Assembly (NCBI GenBank): GCA_963721455.1
Contig: CAVRJG010000015.1
Span: forward strand, 132,499-196,498
Direction: 5' to 3'
DNA: 64,000 bases
Origin: an uncultured Methanosarcinaceae archaeon
GTDB lineage: Archaea; Halobacteriota; Methanosarcinia; Methanosarcinales; Methanosarcinaceae
A program made the translations under genes and the position numbers. This document shows, in pieces, positions 44,057 through 55,055 of this stretch. Under the pieces are notes generated by a model. It was not told where the DNA came from, searched no databases, and worked only from the letters and a program-made list of their open reading frames with translations. Every line of letters starts with the position of its first letter. The stretch's first letter is position 1.

Positions 44057-45607
44057 TTATGATGCAAGTGTTTTGATTGCCTGAGGAACGCGGATGCTGA
44101 TATTATACCTGATAGTCTTCCGGATCTCGCCTATCATCTTTATTTCAGTTTGGTCCAGTACTTTTGCACGCCGGACAATCAGGAAATACACGACTACGAA
44201 GGCTACGTACTCCCAGGTTGCTCCGGAAAGCAGAAGGGCATTCCTGGCTGCAAGCATGGAAACGACGATGAAGGCACCGATGAGAGTTAATTTCCTGTAC
44301 ATCGAAGTGAATGGATGCATGTGTTGCTTCCTCCAGGTCCTTAAGGTCATCAGGACCTCGATAGATGCAAAAGATACAGAAGATGCGACTGCTGCGCCTA
44401 CCATACCGTAATGAGGTATAAGCATGAAGTTGAGAAGGGCATTAGCTCCTGCACTTGCTACCGAGCACTTCATAAGGAAGTCGGAGTCCCCGGATGCCAT
44501 TATCGTGTGATAGTTAAATCCGAAGTATGAGTTTGTTACGAATCCCAGGGCAAGGATACGCAGGACCATGGCGCCGCTTGCATAGTCTTCTCCGTAGAGT
44601 TTTGTAAGAAGAAACTCAGGGTATATGAACATCAATGCAAATACCGGGAAGGTAAGCAGGAAGCACCACTTGGTCATCATCTGGTAGATAGGGCCAATAG
44701 ATTCTTTTTTGTTTGCTCCCCATAGCTTTGATGTTACAGGGATATACACAAAGCCCATGGAACCGATAATCATGGACAGAAACCCTACGAGAGGGTATAC
44801 TGCATTGTAAATTCCAACGACTTCAGCCGACTTGAAATAACCCAGCATTATGGTATCTGTCCAGGTCATGAGGTTCAGCAGGGTCGCACTTATTAAAAGC
44901 GGGAACGAGTACCTTATAAGCTGCTTAGTGGGCTCGCTGAATTTAAATTTCCATTCCGGCTTGATTGGCGGGCTCTTTATAAAGTAAACTGACATCATCC
45001 CGAATGTAAAGATCATTGAAAGCAGGTCCGCAAACACAACCCCTTTGAGGGACACGCCAAGAAATACGGCAGCTGAAGCAAACCCGAGCAGGGATAACGG
45101 CCTTATAATGTTATAAAAATACATATTAACATTTGTGCGGTCGAATCCTCTGTAGATTGCTACTGTCAGGTTCAGGAGTATGGTGAAAGGGATTGCAAAG
45201 ATCATGATCCTGACTATGGACAGGATTTTGCCCTGCATATCGAACCCTTCTCCGGCTAGCCTCTGGAACAGTATAGGTGAAACAAGCATGGCAAGCACAC
45301 CTGCAATCAGGCCCATAAGTATGGCTGATATTATTAACTCATAAACCTTATGTTCCTCCTGCCTGCCCCTGAAGAATGCAATATACCTTGGCAATCCTTC
45401 ATTGAGCCCAAGAGTTGCTACGGCACCTGTGATTGATATTACTGTCAGTGCAAGGGAATATGTGCCGAAATCGGTTGGCGAGAGGTATGATGTGAGTACG
45501 CCTTTAATAACGATGTCGAGAAGCAGTCCGACGAAAGTTCCTGCAAGTATTACACCGGAACCTGCCACTATCCGGTTGACTGAGTCGTTAACGGACATTG
45601 TTAACAC
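44057..45607 (-). CDS. Polysaccharide flippase (Wzx/MOP family)
   Basis: L.P.DFG.Y, D.IMLGYF....VGIY, N..LIP.YG..GAA; many TM segments. Confidence 0.88.
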   Translation of the reverse strand: MLTMSVNDSVNRIVAGSGVILAGTFVGLLLDIVIKGVLTSYLSPTDFGTYSLALTVISITGAVATLGLNEGLPRYIAFFRGRQEEHKVYELIISAILMGLIAGVLAMLVSPILFQRLAGEGFDMQGKILSIVRIMIFAIPFTILLNLTVAIYRGFDRTNVNMYFYNIIRPLSLLGFASAAVFLGVSLKGVVFADLLSMIFTFGMMSVYFIKSPPIKPEWKFKFSEPTKQLIRYSFPLLISATLLNLMTWTDTIMLGYFKSAEVVGIYNAVYPLVGFLSMIIGSMGFVYIPVTSKLWGANKKESIGPIYQMMTKWCFLLTFPVFALMFIYPEFLLTKLYGEDYASGAMVLRILALGFVTNSYFGFNYHTIMASGDSDFLMKCSVASAGANALLNFMLIPHYGMVGAAVASSVSFASIEVLMTLRTWRKQHMHPFTSMYRKLTLIGAFIVVSMLAARNALLLSGATWEYVAFVVVYFLIVRRAKVLDQTEIKMIGEIRKTIRYNISIRVPQAIKTLAS

Positions 45608-45611
45608 CGTT

Positions 45612-46007
45612 TTATTGCCCTGAATTCCCGGTCTCCGGGGCCAGCGAGCAGGAGAAGTGTTCTGCTGCGCCAGTAACGACTTGCAAATCAGTTTCGCTCA
45701 AATCAAGGTTGAAATTTAAAGAATTCCTCTCTGCAGCCTGCAGGAGATTTAAGCGTTGTTCTTCAATCGTGCATGTATTACCAGATAGGGTACTGGTACT
45801 ACCAGATAGGGTACTGGTACTGGATGGAATAGAAAATTTCATTTCAGGGTTTTGGGTTTCAAAATTTGCTGTTTCAAATTTCTTAAAACAGCCGTGGATT
45901 TTAAGCTGGTCGGTGTATCTGTTTTTTTGCTCAATTTCTTCTTGTCCGGTTGCCTGTATGTAAGCTTTTAAGACAAGGTCTATCTGGGGTTTCTTAATAA
46001 TCTGCAT
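45612..46007 (-). CDS. Hypothetical protein containing a 21 bp duplication
   Basis: ORF ends just upstream of the flippase start; STSTLSG twice. Confidence 0.4.
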   Translation of the reverse strand: MQIIKKPQIDLVLKAYIQATGQEEIEQKNRYTDQLKIHGCFKKFETANFETQNPEMKFSIPSSTSTLSGSTSTLSGNTCTIEEQRLNLLQAAERNSLNFNLDLSETDLQVVTGAAEHFSCSLAPETGNSGQ

Positions 46008-46024
46008 GATTTCTTACGACCGTC

Positions 46025-46295
46025 AGGATTGGATCGGAGTTGGATCTTAAATTGGATCCGGGGTCAGTTTCCAGGTTGGGTCCTGTGTTGAATCCCGGGT
46101 TGGATTCATACTTTGGATGTGGATCCCGGGTTGGATCCGCAGCGTATTTGAGGCTGGATTCCGGGTTGAATCTGGGAGGACCTCTGTTGGATCGCAGGTT
46201 GGGTTTGGGTTGGATCCCGGTAGGACCCCTGTGAATTGTAGGGTGAATCCTGGGTAAGATTCAGGGTTGAATTATGGAAGGCGGATCTGGGATTG
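46025..46295. repeat. Degenerate ~12 bp tandem array (gggttggatcc core)
   Basis: Many ggttggatc/ggttgaatc units in series. Confidence 0.65.
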
Positions 46296-47032
46296 GCCCG
46301 CCTTGCCTGTGATTATGATTTGCTTCTGCATTCGATAGACTTCTGGCAAGTCTGTTTTCCGAAGCTGGCAATCTGTTTTTGCACTAATGTATCTACTTAA
46401 CAAGCTCGTCGAGCCTCTTTAACTCCACAAGCGTCCGTAATCAATCTAGCCACCTCAACGGCGGCGGAGCAAATTTTGGGTTATACAGTTTTTCATGAAA
46501 CTTGAATGAAACCAATTTATTAAATATATTAGGAAGTTCTCTCAAAATTTCGATGATGTACCTCCTTGACTCCATATAAAAGCTTTTCGGAATAATCATA
46601 CACTTATCATAATGAGGTAAGAAGGTTGCTTGAAAGAAAACTGATTTGATATGTGCCCTGTCAAAGATCTGGCTGGATGCCAGTTCTCAGGGTTTACAGC
46701 TATTAGCCTGGAAAAGCTTCAGACAATTGAATGGCCCGAATTCAGGAAAAAAGCCATTTAGGGGCCTTGAAATAACCACAAAATCCGACTTACCTGTACC
46801 GGATAATTCTAATTTTTTTTAATTAGTCAAGAATAATCCTGAGGCTGAGGGGTTTTTTCTTGATATATTCATGTGCAGGCAGGGTAAAGAAGTCATTTCG
46901 GAGACCGGGATAAATTGAACTAAAACTTCCAAAATATCATCATTAATCATTGCAATAATTTTTTGCTTTTAATCCGAAAATTTCCATAAAGTGCCCCTCC
47001 GAGATTTTCATAATAAAACCTGCTTTCGGCAG

Positions 47033-49180
47033 GTGCGACAAGAAGCTATGCTATGAATTGCGGAAACGCTACCTCTTCCATTTGAGGTAATCCTACTGTG
47101 ACATGCATAAATGGCAACGTTTGTGTGTGAAGCTCACAAGACAATATCAAGAAATCAAGGAGCCTGACTTTGATAATTGGTTAGGATAAGAATACTATGA
47201 AGAACGTAAAGTGAACCATCGTAAAAATCGTGAAGCAGAATGAGCGAAAACAGGTTGACACGCTCAAACCAAAAGGTATAGAATCAGGTCATAATGGATC
47301 TGCCGACATTATGGCAAATGGACAAATGGTTCTCGGTTTACAGATGGCTTCTAAGGTATTCATATTATTCATGGTATGGAACTTGGTAAACCCTATATGC
47401 TCCTTTAAAAAAAAAAAAAAGGTAGAGACCCTGTGAAGGGAATTAATTGCATAGAGGGTAGAGGATTCAAGCAAAAAGCGAATGTCATTCTGTAATGGAA
47501 TGGATAGGGGTTCAAACTTTGCCCTAGCCTGAAAGGGTGCAGACTTGCTTATTTGGTGTTCTATTGTATGAAAGGAGGCAAACTTCTGAATGTAAGTATT
47601 TCAACGATATCCTCTCAGGATAAGAAGCTTACAGACGCTTCCCTCTTCCAGAGATGGAAAACTATTGACTGGAATCAAGTAGAGAAGAGTGTTAATAAGT
47701 TGCAAACCCGAATTACAAAAGCAGTAATGCAAAACAAATGGAACCATGTCAAGAGATTGCAGTATCTCCTAACTCATTCCTATTTCGCCAAACTCTTGGC
47801 AGTAAGAAGAGTTACTCAAAACAAAGGAAAAAGGACATCTGGAATTGATGGTGAAAAATGGCTAACTTCAAGCTCCAAAATGAAAGCTGTCCTTAGTCCT
47901 ACTGGTAAAAGATACAAAGCTAAACCCCTGAAACGAGTCTTCATTAATAAGCCTGGTAAGAAGAAGAAACGTCCCTTAGGTATCCCTACAATGTATGACA
48001 GAGCTATTCAATCTTTATATGCATTAGCTCTCGAACCCATAGCTGAAACAATGTCTGACCTGAGGTCTTTTGGATTTCGAAAGCACCGAAGTACCAAAGA
48101 TGCATGTCAGCAAATCTTTTTGTGTTTAAGCAAGAAGAACTCGGCCCAATGGATCTTAGAAGGCGATATCAAAGGATGTTTCGATAATATAAATCATCAG
48201 TGGTTGTTGACTAACATTCCTATAGAAAAATCAGTACTGACTCAATTTCTTAAAGCAGGTTTCATTTACAAACATCATCTGAATCCAACAAAAGCAGGTA
48301 CGCCACAAGGTGGGATAATCTCCCCCATTTTGGCAAATATGACATTGGACGGCATCGAGAAGTTACTTATGGCTAAATACCCAAAAAGAGGTAGTAAGTC
48401 TCCCAAGGTTAACTTCATCCGTTATGCTGATGATTTCATAGTCACTGCTAATTCAGAAGAATCTGCCAGAGAAATTAGGGACATAATTACTGCTTTTCTC
48501 AAAGAACGAGGTCTTGAACTATCTGATGACAAAACCCTGATCACAAATATTAATGAGGGCTTTGATTTTCTCGGCTGGAATTTCCGCAAGTACAATGGTA
48601 AGCTTCTGATCAAGCCTTCCAAGAAGTCCATTAAAAGGTTTACTGAAACAATCAGTCAAACCATAACGAAAGGAATGGCATGGTCTCAGGAAGTCTTAAT
48701 TACCAAATTAAACCCCATAATAAGAGGTTGGACCAATTATCACAATTCAGTGGTCTCCTCGGACGTATTCCAGATCCTTGATCATAGAATCTGGGAGCTG
48801 CTATGGATATGGGCTAAAAGAAGACATCCGAACAAATCCAAAGATTGGATTGTCAACAAATATTGGAAAAGAAGCACCTCAAGAAGATGGAATTTCAGAA
48901 CCGAGAGAAATGGGTTACTGCTTCTTTCAAAAACCAGAATCTACAGACACATTCCTTTAAAGCTGCAAATGAATCCATTTCTTGATCCGGATTATTTTCA
49001 CGAACGTTCAAATAAATTAAGTTTCCGGAAAAGTCAATCCATTTGATTAATTATTTGAAAAAAAAAAAGACTGCTGCCTGATACAGAAAAGGTTATAGAA
49101 TGCTTGAGCCGGATGCGTCGAAAGGCGCACGTCCGGTTCTTAGAAGAGGGAGAGCGAGTAATCGCTCTTTCTTATTTGAC
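47033..49180 (+). mobile_element. Group II intron (complete)
   Basis: 5' GTGCG at 47033; domain V gagccggatgcgtcgaaaggcgcacgtccggttc at 49106-49139; domain VI ending ...ttatttgAC at 49180; RT ORF inside. Confidence 0.92.
47568..49046 (+). CDS. ltrA: Group II intron reverse transcriptase/maturase, no endonuclease domain
   Basis: RPLGIPT..DR, DIKGCFDNI, GTPQGGIISP.LAN, RYADD, GFDFLG, X domain LNPIIRGW.NY. Confidence 0.95.
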   Translation: MKGGKLLNVSISTISSQDKKLTDASLFQRWKTIDWNQVEKSVNKLQTRITKAVMQNKWNHVKRLQYLLTHSYFAKLLAVRRVTQNKGKRTSGIDGEKWLTSSSKMKAVLSPTGKRYKAKPLKRVFINKPGKKKKRPLGIPTMYDRAIQSLYALALEPIAETMSDLRSFGFRKHRSTKDACQQIFLCLSKKNSAQWILEGDIKGCFDNINHQWLLTNIPIEKSVLTQFLKAGFIYKHHLNPTKAGTPQGGIISPILANMTLDGIEKLLMAKYPKRGSKSPKVNFIRYADDFIVTANSEESAREIRDIITAFLKERGLELSDDKTLITNINEGFDFLGWNFRKYNGKLLIKPSKKSIKRFTETISQTITKGMAWSQEVLITKLNPIIRGWTNYHNSVVSSDVFQILDHRIWELLWIWAKRRHPNKSKDWIVNKYWKRSTSRRWNFRTERNGLLLLSKTRIYRHIPLKLQMNPFLDPDYFHERSNKLSFRKSQSI

Positions 49181-49745
49181 GTCGACATAAAAATCCATTC
49201 AATTTTTCTATTGATATCGTTTTTTTCAGAACATTTGAAATTCAATTTAAATCAAAAATTACTAAATGTTATCCATGACATCATTAATATATATTTGCAA
49301 CAAATGAGAGAAATGACAAATCGGATTTGACATATATTCCTCATGACACTGATTTTGCAACAAAGCCAGATTTTTTGCACCACAACCAAAAGATTGGGTT
49401 ACCCTCATGAAATCTGGATGCAGCGACTTCTTACCAAACAAGAAACAACAACATTTTATGACAAACGTTGCTTTCCTGGATGGTTCTTGAATATTTGCAG
49501 AGAAGAGAGCTAACAGAATTCGTGTTGTTAGCTTGGGGTAGAGCATGCCAGAGAAAAAAAGAGAAAGCAATCAAAAATCATAAAGAAAAAAATGATCAAT
49601 AGCCCGTAATTTAAGAAAATCAGCTCACTGAAATTTGCTAATTGATCTTAATTTCGATGGCTATTGATCTCGTTTTGCCCAGACTGAATACTTACATTTT
49701 GTATTTACTTCTGCTCGTTATTTATACGGTGCTCTCTGCATCGTC

Positions 49746-51204
49746 TCAATCTATATTCACGGTGGTATTGGTTAAGGTGTTCTGTGAATAATCCCCACTA
49801 TTTCTAATTACATCTCCATTGGTGGCTCCTGCACCATCACCAGTATTTTGGGTTTGTCCTGCATTCTCTCCTTTATTTATGGTGTTTCCAGAGAAATCAC
49901 CGATCATAATTTCTGGAGCCTGCATCATCACCATTATTATAGGTGCTTCCTGCATTATCACCATCATTTATGGTTTGTCCTGCATCCTCTCCATCATTAT
50001 AGGTGCTTCCTGAATTCTTCCCATCATAATCTCTGGAGCCTGCATCATCACCATTATTATAGGTGCTTCCTGCACCTTCCTCCTCATTTATGGTTTGTCC
50101 TGCATCATCACCAATATTATTAGTGCTTCCTGCCCCATCACCAATATAAGTTCTGTCGCCTGAATCCAAGCCGTTATTAAGGTTGCCGCCTGCTACCCCA
50201 CCAACATTTATGGCGGTTCCTGCATTATCACCAAAGTTTTCGGTGTTTCCTGCTTCAGGCCCCCAATAATTTCTGGAACCTGATCCGTCCCCATAGTTTA
50301 TGTAGGCATATGAATAGTCGCCTGCATCCACTCCATTGTTAATAGTGCTTCCTGCAGTATCACCTGCATAATTTCTGGCGCCTGCATCACTACCATAATT
50401 TACAGTGTTTCCTGCAGTGCTCCCATAATTTATAGTGTCTCCTGCATTCTGCCCATTATTTGTGGTGCTTCCTGCTCCTAATCCATTATAATTTCTGGAG
50501 CCTGCGCCCTGCCCTAGGTTAAATGAGCTTCCTGCGTACTTCCCATTATTAATGGTTGCTCCTGCATACTGTCCATTATTTGTGGTGCTTCCTGCATTAG
50601 TTCCAGAGTATGTTCTACTCCCTGCACCAGCTCCACTGTTTACAGTACTCCCTGCTTTATCTCCACTATTTACGGTACTCCCTGCTGTAGTATTTGCGGT
50701 ACTCCCTGCTTTAGCCTTAGCAGTTTCCGTTGTAGCAGCGCCTTCTGCACACGATTCATTGGTGGCAGTTCCCTCTGCACTTGATTCATTGTTAGCGGTG
50801 TCCTCTGTGTCCAGCTCATCGTCAACTGTGCTACTTGAACTCTTATGACGGCGAACTGCGGTACTTGCTTTATTTACGTTGCTTCCTGCGTCCTGTCCAT
50901 TGCAAACTGTGAGATTGTTAACTGTGAGACTGTTAATTGAGACATTGATAAATGTGACATTGACAAATGTGACATTGTTAAATTCGACATTGTCAAATGA
51001 AACATTGCTAAGTGTGTCTCCTGAGCTCAAATCATCGTTAAATGCAATATCGTTTAATATGTCCTCTTGATCGGCACATGTGTTAACTGAATTGCTGTTG
51101 TCTCCTGCGTTGTTCTCTGCTGCTGCTGCAGTTGTCAATAATATTAAGATTACCATGGAAAGATAACCTGTCTTTTTCAGGATGTCAAATACTTGTTTTC
51201 CCAT
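49746..51204 (-). CDS. Secreted decapeptide-repeat (AGSTxNxGxx) protein with one apparent +1 frameshift near the 3' end
   Basis: Signal peptide, NV(T/S)F pentapeptides, about 30 decapeptides; repeats continue in ORF 49746-49967 after an extra base at about 49902. Confidence 0.8.
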
Positions 51205-52112
51205 TTGTCCTCATTCCCCACTATTTTTCAGATTTAATACAATTTTAAAGCTGTTGTACTCTCAATCCACTTCCTTTAGATAGACAGATTTTGTAAATAC
51301 CACTTTTCATTATTAATACTCGAATTTAGCTTTAAATAACCGTTTTTCAAATAATATCATAGAATCTGTGAATAAATAACTATGTAAGGCCGAAATTAAT
51401 ATTAATATTGTGTTGATAATCAAAATATAAAAAATGTAGATAAATATATATAAAGATATAATAATCGGTTTCTTCATAATAAGAGTAGAAATAAAGGATT
51501 TAAATTGGTTATTTTTGCTAATAAGTATATATAGAAGTTCCTTAGATCAAAATTAACTCTAATAATTCCATGTATTGAAAAATAAATTTTATCCATCATT
51601 AAAAGTAAAAATAAAGTTGAATAAAAGCTTAATATGTTGACAAATTATATTTATTTGTAATTATGGCATCCCGTTTTGTTATTTGTTATACTAAATTAAA
51701 TATCCAAAATAAGGATTAAAGATCTTTTAAATATAAAATTAAAACTTTTTATTCCTTTGAATAGCAAATAATTCCGTTACAATGTATTTTTTATTGGGAA
51801 ATAGCTGAAGTCACACTTAATTTCCTAAATAAGGCTCAATAACCCTTAAAAAATGAATTATTTTTTGAAGATCCAATATATATAGCTTAATAATAATAGG
51901 GGAGCACCCAAACTTAATATATTACAAAATGGTTAAAAAGCTTGGAGATCAGTAAAAATTGCAGGCGGACAACTCTTTCGCAGTCAGGATACATTCTCAA
52001 AACCGCAAGAAGCCGGTTTGCAGCATCAAAAAAGCCAGTTCCGGGGAAAAAAGAATTCCCCGCAAAAACAATCTGAGTTACAGTAAAAATTCAGATCCGA
52101 ATTTTATCTCTC

Positions 52113-53039
52113 CTACCTCAGTACATCATCAATCGTATCCACGTATTCGATGTTGATTCCCACCTCTTTCTCTATATACTCTTTGGCATCTACGATTTTC
52201 GGCTTTCTCTCAATAACAGTAAAACCGCCAAGCTTCCTTTCTACAAATTTATATGTAACAAGTTCGCTGTTTTTCCTCGGAATGAGGAAAAGGGTTTTGC
52301 CTCCATCTTTTGCTGCCTGCGCTTTTTCCAGAACTCCACCTATCGGGCCGATATTACCTTCATTGTCAATCGTGCCTGTAAGGGTTATACTGTTATTCAA
52401 TTCTGTATTGTTATCAATGGCTGAAATCGTAAGCAGGGTCATGAGAGCCCCTGCACTGGGACCATCGACCCCCGGGATTTGATACGGAACGGTAATGCTG
52501 AAGATGATATCACTGCTTGACAGTTGATTCCCGGTTTTGTTTTCAGCCACAAAAGCTGCGGTGTTTGCAGCATCCTGGAAGATCACGCCCATCAGAGGAG
52601 TTGTCTGGACGAGCACGCGGCCTTTTCCTGGCCTGATCTCAACCGAAATATTGAGCAGGGCACCTTTTTTAGAAGTTGATTGCCGGATGAAGGGGCCTGA
52701 CTGGTCTGTCTGGACAGTCTGGAAGACTGCAGGTCCCTGAAGGGTAGCAAACCCTTCCACGCCCGCTGGACACATTTGAGTGCTATTCTGGAGTTCAAAG
52801 ACCTTTTGGCGATAAGAGTCCAGCTGAGAAGCATAAGACTGAAGCGACTCATTATTCTGATTTATTTGCGCCTGAAGGTTTTCGTTTTCCGTTTGAAGGG
52901 TATTTATACGGCCCTGCATTTCCTTGACCTGTCCTCCCTCAAAGGAAGGCTGTTCTTCAAACAAGACAAAATAAGCGTTTGCAACAAGCGAAAGAACCAG
53001 TAGAAAGACAAGAAGTTTGGATTTCATACCACCGACCAT
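52113..53039 (-). CDS. Membrane-anchored Lon-like (S16) serine protease
   Basis: N-terminal TM, coiled coil, DGPSAG, TGTI...G.IGPIGGVLEKA Ser-Lys dyad. Confidence 0.88.
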   Translation of the reverse strand: MVGGMKSKLLVFLLVLSLVANAYFVLFEEQPSFEGGQVKEMQGRINTLQTENENLQAQINQNNESLQSYASQLDSYRQKVFELQNSTQMCPAGVEGFATLQGPAVFQTVQTDQSGPFIRQSTSKKGALLNISVEIRPGKGRVLVQTTPLMGVIFQDAANTAAFVAENKTGNQLSSSDIIFSITVPYQIPGVDGPSAGALMTLLTISAIDNNTELNNSITLTGTIDNEGNIGPIGGVLEKAQAAKDGGKTLFLIPRKNSELVTYKFVERKLGGFTVIERKPKIVDAKEYIEKEVGINIEYVDTIDDVLR

Positions 53040-53330
53040 TGTTAATTTGCCTCCGATGGTACTTATTTCTGTCTTCTGGAAGCTCTACAAGTGAATTTAT
53101 ATGGATTCAGAAAGTCCTCTATCTAAATTCATTGATCATTGTTGATTTCAAAGTCCAGTTTTATTCCCATAATTTGGAATCGATGCACAAGATCAAATTA
53201 GAAGATCTAATATTCATCATCTCCAAAAAACTATCAAAATAACGTTAGTTCAATGGGATAACTTTTTATAATCAGTGTATGTAGTTTATAATCAAAGTAT
53301 AGCTAAATAAATTCATAGTGGGGGAAAAAT

Positions 53331-53738
53331 ATGAGAATTCGAGTAGTTAGTTCAAGAGAAGAAATCTTTACATTAAATCCAAATGAACGTGTTGTTCACC
53401 TGGCTTTCAGACCTTCGAACAAGGACATTTTCGGACTGGTTGAAACCTGCCCGAAGATTGAAGTAATTCAGTTACCTAAGTCTTACATGGCTACGGTCTC
53501 ACAGGCCATAGAAATGTTCCTTGAGATGCAGAGAATCCAGCTTATAGAAGGAGATGTCTGGGGCCACAGGAAGGACATTAACGAATATTACACCATTCCA
53601 TCCTCCGTTATTGAGAAAATAAAGGAAATGAAAATCGAAGGTAAATCCAATGAGGACATTGAAGCAAAGGTTTCAAGGGAAAGCAAACTTAACCCTGGAA
53701 TGGTTGCTTATATCATGAACAAAGAAGCTCCTGCCTGA
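53331..53738 (+). CDS. DUF1699 family protein
   Basis: MRIRVVSSREEI, HLAFRPSNKD, GDVWGHRKDINEYY. Confidence 0.85.
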   Translation: MRIRVVSSREEIFTLNPNERVVHLAFRPSNKDIFGLVETCPKIEVIQLPKSYMATVSQAIEMFLEMQRIQLIEGDVWGHRKDINEYYTIPSSVIEKIKEMKIEGKSNEDIEAKVSRESKLNPGMVAYIMNKEAPA

Positions 53739-54330
53739 ATTCGAGCAACCTCTACTTTGCCTTGCAATTAATACAATCAAGGTCATGGATCGTGAGCTCT
53801 GAAGATCAGTACCTTATTAATCAGACCTTTTTTGAACCCTATCCGGAAGGTCTGATGGAAGTTGACCCGATATACTCCCACCTTAAAAAAGATCTCTGGG
53901 AATGAATCTCATAGACTATGCAATTCTGGATGGGGATAATTTATGAAAAGTGTAGCCAATTTGCTTTATTTCTTTCTACTCATTTGTCTGACCAAACCAC
54001 GCTGTTGCAGAAAGAGGTCGAAGAGACCCGATTTAGGTGACTACTCGCATGGTAGAGGAGGACATACGCGAGTGTATGACGTCAGTGTTGACGAAACACA
54101 GACATTCATACATTCGCGTATTGGGGTTTGGGACATATGTGAATATATGTCATTTTATGTCGTCAGTGATGACCAGGTGCTGACAGACATTATTCATGTA
54201 TTTATTTGCGGACTATATATCGTTAACGTGGATCCCGTATTTTTCTCATAAGGTTGTTGTCTGGTCCAGACTATCTGCTTATTTTTACAGGGACGTCGTT
54301 AACCTTGTTTTTCAACTGTACAAATACGAG

Positions 54331-54514
54331 GGTGCTCCTTCATTAAGCAGTTGATGTTTTTAGAGGTCTGTAATTTAGCAACTCTCTTAACGTCCATTTC
54401 TCTTGAGTAATCCCACATTCTTTTGCAGGTGTCTTTTTTCCCAAATTCCGCCCTCATTTTCTTCGATCAAACCTCTGTGTTCTGTGCAAAAGTTAAAATG
54501 AGTACAATAAAATC
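54331..54514 (-). pseudogene. IS1-family transposase 3' remnant
   Basis: Minus strand reads FYCTHFNFCTEHRGL...TPAKECGITQEKWTLRELLNYR, homologous to the end of the 26.1 kb IS. Confidence 0.75.
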
Positions 54515-54894
54515 TTATTTGATTGTATAGGTTCTCGGTCGTGACCTATTAAATGGTTGATATTTAATATTTGAATACACATTGTTCACCTGTATCTGTT
54601 TTCTAAGTTTACCTGCTACAGAAAACCAAGAAGTACACAGAGCAGAAGAGAGGCAGAACACAAGTATGTGAATATTCTGGAAAAATACCAACTTATTATT
54701 GATGGACCACGAGCTTGAATAATCCCTTAGTAGCTGGTTGATATTATTCCAAAATATCCGAAATACCGTCTTCAGATAGTTCTTTTTTCCGTGTGTTTTG
54801 GTGCGGCTGGAGCAAGCCGTTTCTAGGGCATAAAAACGCAAACAAAAGCCTCACTGATAATTTTTATCATGAAAACATCAACCATGCAGCAATG

Positions 54895-55055
54895 GACGAC
54901 CGTGATGATGTCAAAGGTTTTAAAGTACTTCCCCACAGATGGGTGACAGAGCGTACATTTGGAAGGCTGGGTAGATATCGAAGGTTAAGTAAAGATTACG
55001 AAGGATTAATAGAATCCAGTCAAGCATTAATCTATGCTGCTATGATCAGAATAAT
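54895..55055 (+). pseudogene. IS5-family transposase C-terminal fragment
   Basis: [27 protein letters not shown]. Confidence 0.78.

Noticed and set aside
47553-49046. RT as a retron, DGR or defence RT
   Set aside because: It has an X/maturase domain and flanking GTGCG start plus domains V and VI, so it is a typical group II intron
49100-49330. 76 aa ORF MLEPDASKGARPVLRRG
   Set aside because: It is the translation of intron domains V and VI
53943-54251. 102 aa ORF over the hairpin pair
   Set aside because: No recognisable motifs; secondary structure explains the region better
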